From a virus, in the IMG/VR virus record IMGVR_UViG_3300025674_000019, positions 32,001 to 96,000 of that record: a DNA stretch of 64,000 nucleotides. One strand, given 5' to 3'. The notes beneath the pieces were generated by a model. It did not search any database. It saw only the letters and a program-made list of their open reading frames with translations, and had not been told where the DNA came from. Below are positions 48,589 to 58,400 of this stretch, piece after piece (the stretch's first letter is position 1; every line of letters starts with the position of its first letter). A program made the position numbers and the translations under genes.

Positions 48589-48951
48589 ATGAATATTAGT
48601 ATAAGGTTGGAGACTGTGTTTAAGTCTCTAGCAGGCGCAGTACTGCCGCTAGCTCTTTGGCTTATAAATCTCAACCTAGAGGTGTCGGAACTTACAAGCA
48701 CCGTATCTAGGCTAGAAAAAACACAGGTGCCAGCAGTAACGCAGGTAACCAAGCAAGTAGCCACGCTAGAGTCTGACGTGTCTAGACTTAAAGAGAAAGT
48801 ATCCGGGTTAAAGGTAGACTACGAAAAAGTGAGCGCCCGGGCTGCAGAGAATACTACAACAATCACTGAAATGCGTGTAAGCCTCAAGTATATTGAAGAG
48901 GGCATAAGGATCATCAAATCAAGGGTCCTTGGACCCTCTTCTTCTGACTAG
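48589..48951 (+). CDS. TM-anchored coiled-coil protein (possibly lysis-related)
   Basis: N-terminal TM helix and a coiled coil. Confidence 0.55.
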   Translation: MNISIRLETVFKSLAGAVLPLALWLINLNLEVSELTSTVSRLEKTQVPAVTQVTKQVATLESDVSRLKEKVSGLKVDYEKVSARAAENTTTITEMRVSLKYIEEGIRIIKSRVLGPSSSD

Positions 48952-48962
48952 ACGAGGACCGC

Positions 48963-49265
48963 ATGGAAAAGAGAACCTACGACTCAGCAATCATAGTTAT
49001 CTTGGCCTTTGTGCTTACTACTCTAGTAGCTAGCTTTGGGGCCAGTAACCCTCACGCAGAAAGCTCTCTTTACAGAGTGTACCCGCCAATCGTCCAAGAC
49101 TACGGGTCCCCCTCGATAGAGCCAAAGCCTGCTACTCCCTCTAACGAAGAGCTTATAGACGCGCTTAAAGAGCGCAATCTAGAGATGGCTAGAGCGAGGG
49201 AAGCAGCTCTTCTGCTGGAAGCAGAAGTACGAGAGATGGTGGAGACCATGGAGATGGCCCCCTAG
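48963..49265 (+). CDS. TM-anchored hypothetical protein
   Basis: GAGG RBS; N-terminal hydrophobic helix. Confidence 0.55.
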   Translation: MEKRTYDSAIIVILAFVLTTLVASFGASNPHAESSLYRVYPPIVQDYGSPSIEPKPATPSNEELIDALKERNLEMARAREAALLLEAEVREMVETMEMAP

Positions 49266-49266
49266 A

Positions 49267-50649
49267 TCACCTGTACTGAGGCGGCCCGTAAGCAGGCATC
49301 TGCTGATACGCGCCTTGAGCGCCTCCACCTAAGTATCCCATTTGCTGAGCGGCACCTACGGCTTGGTTGACGTAAGGCATAGCCTGATTTACGTAGTTAC
49401 CCGCTTGAGCGATGTAATTACTGTAGCTGTCCTGAGGCTCTTCTGAGCTGCCTAGGAACTTGTTTAATAAGTACCCGCCACCGAGAAGACCTAGACCTGC
49501 AATACCACCCTTTAGGTACCTACCAGACCTAAGGGCCCTGGCCTCCGCCTGAGTAGCTCTGGTTTCTGCCGCTGTTAGCTTACCCGCAGCGGCAGCTTCT
49601 CTCTCTGCTGCCTTTCTTTCCGCCAGCGCCATGCGCCTCTTGTAGGCGGCCTCCTGCTTAGCTAGTGCCTCCTGTTGTTGGGCCGTATACTGATCTTTAA
49701 GCCTGGCTCTAGTCTCAGCAGTAGCATCCCGTACCGCTGTATTCTGCCTCTGCGTTCTTCTAGAAGGACCTCTTGATTGTTGCCTGGCCGGAGCTTGCTG
49801 CTGCGGCTGCACTGGCTGCTGCACTGGAGCAGCTGGCTGCGCTGGAGCTGCTGGTCTTGTACTTGTAGCCGTAGGCGCGTTATTTTGGCGGCCCATAAAG
49901 TCTTTATAAATCCTATTACCAGAGCGCGACCCGACCATCCGCGCCCTTTCTCTTCCGCTCATGTTATTTATATTAGTATACTCTGCAGGACCTAACCCAA
50001 AGAAGCCCCTGCGGGCTACTCTTCCTGTGCCGCTATCCGCCATACTGTACTGATTAAAGCTCATAGCCGCAGTCTTAGCGCCTTCTAGAGTATCAAAGGT
50101 GCCGTAGGTATACGCGCCGGTTTTATCATAGGTAGTATACCTACCCTGATCCTCTACGACTACGCATCCGTTATCTAGGGTAAGCCTACCTAAAGTATGC
50201 CCCGAGACCTTCTCCATGATGGCAAGGTCATTGAGGGACATAGAAGCCTTTTTCTTTTGGCTGCTAGGTGGAGCCTCGCTGGCATACTTATTCTGAAGAT
50301 ATTCAGGGCTTTGTGAGTAATAGTCTTGCCACATCTCGTCACCATAATCCATCATCTGTTGAGGTAAGTAGACTTCGTCCCCTCGTCCTTGACCTAGAGT
50401 TTCCCGCACGTCGGCCTGAGCGCTGGATATTCCACCAGCTCCTCCCAGTATAGCCGCCGTCCTGTTGCCTCCTCGCAGTAGGGCTGAAGATCCTCCGCCT
50501 ATAAGAGCACCAGTAATAGCTGCTCTACCTATGTCACGAGAGTCAAGGCCGCTAGAAAGAATTTCAGATGCGGCCCCAGAGGCTGCGCCTACGCCTGAAC
50601 CTATGGCTCCGCTAAGCAGAGCCCTTCTTAAGTCTGACTGTTTACGCAT
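49267..50649 (-). CDS. K-x-A-motif modular protein with Gly zippers (460 aa)
   Basis: GAIGSGVGAASGA zipper; NKYAS, KKASM, EKVSG and AKTAA motifs; helix GGIAGLGLLGGGYLL. Confidence 0.6.
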   Translation of the reverse strand: MRKQSDLRRALLSGAIGSGVGAASGAASEILSSGLDSRDIGRAAITGALIGGGSSALLRGGNRTAAILGGAGGISSAQADVRETLGQGRGDEVYLPQQMMDYGDEMWQDYYSQSPEYLQNKYASEAPPSSQKKKASMSLNDLAIMEKVSGHTLGRLTLDNGCVVVEDQGRYTTYDKTGAYTYGTFDTLEGAKTAAMSFNQYSMADSGTGRVARRGFFGLGPAEYTNINNMSGRERARMVGSRSGNRIYKDFMGRQNNAPTATSTRPAAPAQPAAPVQQPVQPQQQAPARQQSRGPSRRTQRQNTAVRDATAETRARLKDQYTAQQQEALAKQEAAYKRRMALAERKAAEREAAAAGKLTAAETRATQAEARALRSGRYLKGGIAGLGLLGGGYLLNKFLGSSEEPQDSYSNYIAQAGNYVNQAMPYVNQAVGAAQQMGYLGGGAQGAYQQMPAYGPPQYR

Positions 50650-50655
50650 ATTTCC

Positions 50656-51480
50656 TCACAGCTGCCTAATGCTAGACTGCATCATCTTGGTAAAGTTTAG
50701 GTTTGTTTTACCAGTAAGCTCAATGGCTCTGATGCCTGACTCTAGAGATACTACCTCATCACTGGGAGTATCTGTGCCGCATAGCGCATATTGGTAAGTA
50801 CCTTGGTTAGTTAGCTTAAATACATTACCAAAAATGTTCTTGTGATACTTAGTAATATTCCCGGCCTTTATAGCGTGCTCTCCTCCATCCCATATGTTTG
50901 AGCAAGAGATACCGCCTACAGCAAGGCAGCCCTTAACATCGTTCCAGAAGTATTGATTATTCTGGATATCTGCGGGGCCCTCCATATAGATATCTACATA
51001 GATTATATCGTATTTTTCTCCTGCCTTGTTCGCCTTCTGCAGGAACTTATTAGCGTCTTCCCCGACTAAACGAGTGTTAGCGTCAGGCATGAACTCAAAG
51101 TGCTCCTGGGCTACCTGGAACATGAGCGGGCGAAGGTCTACTATAGTCTTCTGCACTTCTGGAAAGTTATCTATCCAGAACTTAGGAAGGCTGCCTCCGC
51201 CCATTCCCAAGAATAATACTTTCTTAGGACTAGGGTGAAGCGCCGACATAAAGCACATCTTTTGGATGTACTCTAGCTCAGGTATATTAGGGCTAGATAA
51301 ATTAAGCCGGGATTGTACCCCGGTAGCGTTCTTCTTAGTGAACTGTATATCTTTGAAGATCCCGTCCCTAAGAAGCACAAAGACTTTGCCGTGAGAGTCT
51401 TCGTACTCATCTAGGTACTCTTCTTCTGCGTAGTACGCTACCTTAGTCTGGTAGTTAGGTTCTGCTCTAACTAGTTTTTT
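50656..51480 (-). CDS. spermidine-synthase-like SAM-dependent methyltransferase domain; no start codon of its own, probably entered by slippage from the upstream gene
   Basis: VLFLGMGGGSL, GEDANKFL, YDIIYVD and LAVGGISCSN; the frame is open back to the A9 run at 51475-51483. Confidence 0.7.
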   Translation of the reverse strand, partial: KKLVRAEPNYQTKVAYYAEEEYLDEYEDSHGKVFVLLRDGIFKDIQFTKKNATGVQSRLNLSSPNIPELEYIQKMCFMSALHPSPKKVLFLGMGGGSLPKFWIDNFPEVQKTIVDLRPLMFQVAQEHFEFMPDANTRLVGEDANKFLQKANKAGEKYDIIYVDIYMEGPADIQNNQYFWNDVKGCLAVGGISCSNIWDGGEHAIKAGNITKYHKNIFGNVFKLTNQGTYQYALCGTDTPSDEVVSLESGIRAIELTGKTNLNFTKMMQSSIRQL

Positions 51481-52433
51481 TTTAAGTTGGATTTCTTAGT
51501 AAAGTTATTTACTAGAGCAGCGGCTAGTGCGGCTACCCCCGCTGGAAGAGCCACGTTCTTGCCGATTGAAGACATCAAGTCCTGCGCGGGATCTCCAGTA
51601 GGGGCGGGGAACACAATATTGTTAGACACTGCTGCCCCGCTAGAAGCACCTGGGGACATAGAGACTGGAAGTTGGTTAACCGAGTGAGCTGCTTGCTGCC
51701 TAGCCTGCTCCTGCTGAGCAAGTAAAGTGTCAAGCTTAGTTCCTAGCCTGTCTACTTTGGCCATCGCAGACTCGGCGTTAAACCCGCTCTGCCTTCTAAT
51801 CTGAGCGCGCTGCATGTGCCTGGGAATAGAAGGCTTATCCCTCATAGTAGCTACAGCAAGATCATTAATTTGATCCTGAAGGTACTGCAAGTTTAAGCCA
51901 CCGTCCATTTGAGCTGTTTTCTTCCTAGCGCTGCCGTCAGCTTTCTGGTTCTTAGGCCAAAGCTCTCGGCGCGACCAGTAGTTAGCACTGAACTTATCGT
52001 CCTTGCCTTTGATCCCCGCACTACGAGCAAGGTAGCTCTTCTTCGCCTTTGCAGAGTAGTTATGCTTATATCCGCGAGCACCAAAGTTAACTACTTTGAC
52101 CTTGTCGCCCTTTTTAGCCAGCACTCGCTTTTTGTACTTGCTACCCTTAGGTGCTGCCTTTGGCTTGTTGTACCCGGGAAAGATCTCGTCCCTGTATTTT
52201 AGCTTACCAGAGGGAAGCCGCTCTACTCCTTCTGGGGCTGCGGTTTTCTCTACTATTGAGCTTTCAGGAATACCTCTTTGCTCTGCTAAAACGCTCTTCC
52301 ACTTACTTCCATACCTCTTTTTAAGGCTAAGTATATTCTTGTTATTTGGGTCATAACTCATGCCGCGGAGGGAAGCCTCCGCGGTCTTCTCAAGCAGATT
52401 CTGTAGTAGCCTAACACTAGGGTCGGTGCTCAT
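51471..52433 (-). CDS. K-x-A-motif modular protein containing a DUF5754-like basic module
   Basis: LEKTA, VEKTAA and KKTAQ motifs; VVNFGARGY...SYLAR...KFSANYWSRRELW. Confidence 0.6.
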   Translation of the reverse strand: MSTDPSVRLLQNLLEKTAEASLRGMSYDPNNKNILSLKKRYGSKWKSVLAEQRGIPESSIVEKTAAPEGVERLPSGKLKYRDEIFPGYNKPKAAPKGSKYKKRVLAKKGDKVKVVNFGARGYKHNYSAKAKKSYLARSAGIKGKDDKFSANYWSRRELWPKNQKADGSARKKTAQMDGGLNLQYLQDQINDLAVATMRDKPSIPRHMQRAQIRRQSGFNAESAMAKVDRLGTKLDTLLAQQEQARQQAAHSVNQLPVSMSPGASSGAAVSNNIVFPAPTGDPAQDLMSSIGKNVALPAGVAALAAALVNNFTKKSNLKKN

Positions 52434-52472
52434 AAGTACTCCTGTCTCTTTACTAATACTAATTATATAGAC

Positions 52473-55400
52473 TCAGTCGCCCAACTTGCTGCGCTTTTTA
52501 CCTTTGTGCAAGCCGTGATCTGCGTGCTGCTCGCCTTCACGAGTAGCTTTGTTCTTCTTACGAATCGCCGCCTTTAGCTTATTGCGACCCTTCTTAGAAG
52601 ACTTTAGCGCGTCTATAGACTTAGCTGGTAGGTAGACCCCTTTGCTCTTGGCTTCTTTAGTGGTTAGATCTTGCTTGCTGCGCATAGCTCTAGCTACCTG
52701 TAGTAGCTTAGCTGCGTTTTCGTTAGCTCTAGACACTATACCAGGATCCATCTCTCCTGTTTCTACGTTAAATTCATCCCCAGCAACCTGGACCCCGCCC
52801 CCTATACCGATGCCTTTAATCTCAGTATCCAGCTGGTTAGCCAGACCACCAAGTGCTAAAGCAGACCTGGGTGTGCCCGCACCAGATAGGAGAGCGTAAG
52901 GCTTGTACTGCTGGTTCTCTTTATCTAGTGTCCTGTGAAGGAACTGCATTACTCTACCACTGGGACCATAGTTAAATACGGGGGTAGACAGAACCATAGC
53001 GTCTGCGTCGGTTAATCTTTTCTTATAATCATCGTACCAGTCTGTATCCCAGTCGTAGGTATCAGGCATGTCCCCCATATCACGCATGTCCATCCAGTCA
53101 ACTTCGGCACCTTGGCTCTCCAGATAGTCCCTGTAAGTTTCTGCAAGTGCGCGAGACCTAGACAGCTCCTCAGGGTCGTTACCTGTGGAGCCGCTTAGGA
53201 TAGCCACCCTAAGCCTGTTTTTTGCTGCCTCTGAGGCTAAAGATTTTGCAGCAGCAAGCTTTTTCAAATCAGATGCATATGTCATAGAACCCTCCTTTTT
53301 ACGCTCACCGCTCCACTGCCAGTCTTGCTTAGTCCATTTCTTAAGCTTGTTATTCTTAGCAGTGGGCTTTTTGCCTTTGTACCTTCCGCCTGAGTCTTTA
53401 TAGTACTTTACAGCTAGCTGAGCTGCACGAGCAGACCACTTGCCGCCCATCTTAGCCTTTGCCCGTGCCTTAGCTGCAGCCCACTTCTTAGGGTCTCGCT
53501 TAGTAGCGGTGCCTTTGGGCTTTTTGGCTTTGGAGGTCTTCTCGGAGCCGCCCATAGCGTATAACCCAGCAGCCCCTAATCCTGCGACGGGGATACCTAG
53601 CATTAAGGCTCTTCTTAGTTCCGGGTTGTTAGCAGCTGCAGCCGCGACTTCCTCTGCTGCAGAAGCCATTGTAGGCTGGCTAGCAACAGCTTCTCTTAGG
53701 GACTCTGTAGCCTGAGTACTTGGAGGAGGAGATACCTTAGAAAGAGCTGTGTCCACAGGCTGCATTCGCTGCTGTCTTTGCACTACCCTCTCAAGGGGGG
53801 TAGGCGTAACTACTGGAGTAGGGGCAACTACTGGGGTAGGAGCGACTGGAGCCCTGGAAACTGGAGTAGGAGCAACTACTGGGGTAGGCGTAACTACTGG
53901 AGTAGGGGAGACTGGAGCCCTGGAAACTGGAGTAGGAGCAACTACTGGGGTAGGCGTAACTACTGGAGTAGGGGCAACTACTGGAGTAGGCTTAGGCCTA
54001 ACCACCGGAGCACTAAAGTCTAGCGCTAGTTGCTCACTTCTAGGGGCGACAGCCGCGGACTCCGCAGACGCAGAGACCCTCCGCACAGGGCCAGCTGCAG
54101 GCTCAAATAAGAATCTTTGCCCCCTCTCAGTTGTCTGAGTAGGCAGTACCACAGGAGCTGGGGCGGGGGCGGCAAGCTGTGCTTGGACCTGAGCTTTAGC
54201 TCTTTCTTGAGCTCTAGCCTTATCTCTCCGTAGCCTGCGTATACGGTTGTCTTCCTTTACTCTGCGCATAGCCTCAGCTCTGGCACCCTCCGCAGCCTGG
54301 TACTCTCTCCTTAGTTGACCTAAGCTATCAGGAGATAAAGGCTTGAGGTTATGTTCCCACATATGGTTTATACCTAGTGGATCTTTGCTACTAAAGGTGA
54401 GCTCATTCCACCTCTGGTATAGAGGGTCCTGCTTTTGGACGTACATCTCTATTTCTCTCTGAAGAGGATGCGCTGCCCCTATTTGAGAGCTATGAATTCT
54501 TTCAGAACCTACGCGGCCCATATTCAGCTCATTCTCTAGAATCTTAAGCCCTCCACCACCACTTCTACCCTTATTAAGAGAGTTGACTACGCTAGAGGTT
54601 ATCTGCTCTGCTGATGCCTGAGGGTTAGCTGCCTTTGCGCCCTCAACGAGGCGCTGAACAGTCTCTAGCGCATTACCTTTGAGCTTAGCTTGCTTAGTTA
54701 CACTGGCGTTCTTCTGCATAGAAGACGCTATAGCACTAGATAGTTTATAGTTATTTTTCATAGCAGTACCGTCTCCTCCCGCAAACACGGAGGCCGCTAC
54801 CCCGCCCCCAGCCATACCTGTACCAACGAGGGCATTCATCCAGTTAGCCCCAGTAGAACCTAGATCTTTGTACCGACTGTTTATGTACTTACGGCCTCCA
54901 GCCCCAAGAGCCAAGCCGCCGATAGCTCCTGCGAGTGCTCCCTGAGCACCCTTGTTTTCTCCAGAGGCTGCGTACCCGGCGAGGGCCCCCGTAGCAGCGT
55001 CGAAAGCTCTGAACTTCATAGAAGCAGACTTGCGCATAACAGACTCCATCGGTGCTTGGCTATACAGCCTTTTAGGGGCTCCTCCAGTGCTTTTAGGGCC
55101 AAACCTCATAGTAGCCCCAAGTAGAGCACCTCGTGCCTTTTGCTTAGCTCCTTGAACTCGCTTCTCTATAGAGGCAGCTAGCCGGCCGCTAATAGTATTC
55201 TCCCGGTTCCATTGCCTACGCTGCTCCGGAGTCATACTCCTAAGCCTGTTTCTCTCGGCTATAGCTAGACTAGACCTAGTCCTAAGTTCTCTACCTAGAC
55301 CAGCCTCTACTGCGCCAACAGACGGAATTAAGGTCTGAGCTTTTTGGGCTACTTGATCAGTAAGGGTGGTCCCCCTCCGTATAGCCCCATCTTGGAGGGC

Positions 55401-58400
55401 ATTCAGCACCTCTCGATGGCCTGCAGCTACTCCTTTATTCGCATAAGCGTCAATAGCCCTCTGGGTATCTTTAGCTACGTAGGACAAGTCATCTACCTTA
55501 TCTATAGCTTGCCTGGCCCTATTTGCTATATCTTTATGTACTGTTTGCCAGCCCCTAGGATCTAGTGTTCTGCCTAAGCGACTTCCTATATTTTCTAGGT
55601 TAAGAAGCAATCCCGGTAGCTCCGCCACTGCAAGGGTACCCTGAGGGCTAAGAGGCGCAGCCAAAGGGTTATACATAGCCATTACGTTAGCGGCAGTCTC
55701 AGATAAAGACGCATGCTGACTAAAAGGGTTTACGGCCCTAGACACCTCTCTTTGTATATTTTTAACTTTTCTAGGAGCCTGAGCAGTCTCCCAGAGTATC
55801 CTACCCAAGGCTTGCCTACGGGTAAGGTTATCCGTCTTCTGAACAAATGGCGTTATATCCTTAACGTGCCCGGCGCCTATCAGGCTGAGGTAAGCCTGCT
55901 CTAGAGTCTCTAAGTTTTTTTGCTTTATGTAGTTTCCTAGTACTCCCGCCGTTTTTGATCTGAGGCCTTTTTCTACTATAGCTTTTTTTAGGCGAGACCC
56001 CGCGTCCTCCCTAGCCATAACAAACTCCACTATCTGCTTGGAGTACAGGTTGTCGCTGGGGAAGTGTAGGCCAGCCTGAAGCCTGCTGTGCTGTATAGTG
56101 TGCCCTAGCTTCTCCCATAACTCCGAGTACTCAGGGTACTTCTCAGTGTAGAAGGCTTGTAGTCCGTAACCCATCATCGCATGGCCTGAAGGGTAGCTAG
56201 GTGTATCTGAGCTAGGAGGAGGCATTACATTTAGATTTACGCCATGGTACTCAGCGAGAGACCAAGGCCTAGGCCGCAGGAAGATGTACTTAAGGTCAAA
56301 GGCTATCTTGTTAAAGTCTTCGTAGATACCTTCCGCTTGGTCTTTGAGCGGATCGATACCTAGTTCTTCGCAGACTATGTAGAATAGCTGCTCTGGCTCT
56401 CGATCACACATCATCATAGTAGGTTCATCTATGATGGGGTTGTCCATGTGATACTTAACTTCTAGCAACTCTTCTCTAGTAGCCTCAGAGTCGTTAGGCG
56501 GATAGTCGGGCTTAGGTAGATACTCGGTAGGTATAGTAAGAACTTTGCGCTTCTGCTTGATGTAGGGCTGGAAGTCCGGGGCTACTTCTGTGGTGTACTT
56601 TAGGTTGGCTATAGCACTAGCTAGCCCTGCGGTTTTTAGGGCACCACTAAACATTTCGGGCGTGTAACCAGATGAACTGTATGCTCCCTCGCGCATACCG
56701 GCATGGTACTTTTTTAGCCCTTCTTCCAGCGTTTTATTTTCTACTAGCTTGATTAGAGGCACATCCCCGTAAGAAACAGGGCCCCTAGTAATTACCATAT
56801 CCGGGTTAGCCTTTAGTCCCTGTTTGAGCCACCCCTGCGACGCAACAGCAGATCTAGAAGCCATCAATTTCTCGGCTTGCTTGCGTGGTATGCCAGTTAC
56901 AGAGATAGGGTATACACTAATAGCTGCAAAATCATTTAATGAGTGCGGTGTGCTCGCGGTAGGGGCTCGCCCAAGGCCTCCCCATCTAATCTGTTGTGGG
57001 CCAGGTGCAAAGGCAGGGTTTTGCACCCCCCTAGCAGTTATAGATCTCGCGCCCATTCCCATTGATGACTCTTGGAGTATTGCGTTTAGCTCCTCCAGGC
57101 CCAGCTTATATTCTTTACCTAGAGCTTCTGCCGAGGCAGAGGCGGGGTTGATCCCTCTGTTCTTTAGGTATCCCTCCAATTTCTCAGGAGATATAGTAAA
57201 CATAGCATGAAAATCCACCAGGTCATCAGCACTCTGGGTAGGTGCAGTAGCTGGTGCGGGGGCATGAGCGGGAGCCGGCTTTGGTGGCGGTGGAGGAGGA
57301 CCGGCAGGCTTTTTCTTTATAGCGCTAGCTAAGCCTTTTAGCTTACCCCTGCCTAGGTACGCTCCGGCAGCAGTTAAACCAGCTCCAGCTAACCAAGGTG
57401 CCCAAGAAGACTCTTGCGGTTGGGCAGGGCTGTAAGCCTTAGGCTGGCTAGTATTATTGCCCCTGTAAGCCTTGTAAGCCCTGTAACCTCCGTAACCAAG
57501 TGCTCCGGCAGCGGCAGCTCCTGCTGCGTAAGCACCTAGGCCTGGGCCTTGGTTAGTAGTTTGGGCGCTAGCTGTTTTCTCAATTATAGCACTAGCTAGC
57601 CCTGCGGTTTTTAGGTGAGCAGGTAGTCCTGCAAGGAAACTATCTATCCTACCTGCCACTCCTTTCTGACCTTGCTGCATTAAGTAGGGAATAACATTGT
57701 CCTGTAATCCTAGGCTATCTTGCCACTCAGTATGCCCTCTTTTACGCAGAGTTTCCCTGAGCACCCTCTTATGGTACAGGCCCGTTTTACCCGGGTTTAC
57801 GGCTGCCATAGCAGAATTTGCAATATGAGGAATTGCGCCTTGCCTGCCATACAGAGCCGCGTACGCATCCTGCACTGGAAAGCTAGCGTCTCGGTTTCTA
57901 AGGGCGCCTAAGCCATAATATGCTTCAAACTCTTTTTGCTTGGCATCTAAGACTTTTCCTAGCGCCTCTTGGTCCTGAGAAAACCTTTTTGCAGAAGCAT
58001 CCGCTTTAGCTTGGTCAAACTTAAATGGGTCCTTACCCCTTACGTAAGAGCTAGCTTGTTCTTCAGTGTAGCCCATGCGCTTAGTAAGATGCTGGTGCAG
58101 CTTCTGAGAATCCGACATGGCAGCAGTGCCAGCAGTGCCAGCAGTGCCAGCAGGCTTCTTCTTTATAGCGCTAGCTAAGCCTTTTAGCTTACCTCTACCT
58201 AAGTAAGCTCCGGCAGCAGTTAGGCCAGCCCCAGCTAACCAAGGTGCCCAAGAAGACTCTTGCGGTTGGGCAGGGCTGTAAGCCTTAGGCTGGCTAGTAT
58301 TATTGCCTCTGTAAGCCTTGTAAGCCCTGTAACCTCCGTAACCAAGTGCTCCGGCAGCGGCAGCTCCTGCTGCGTAAGCACCTAGACCTGGTCCTTGGTT

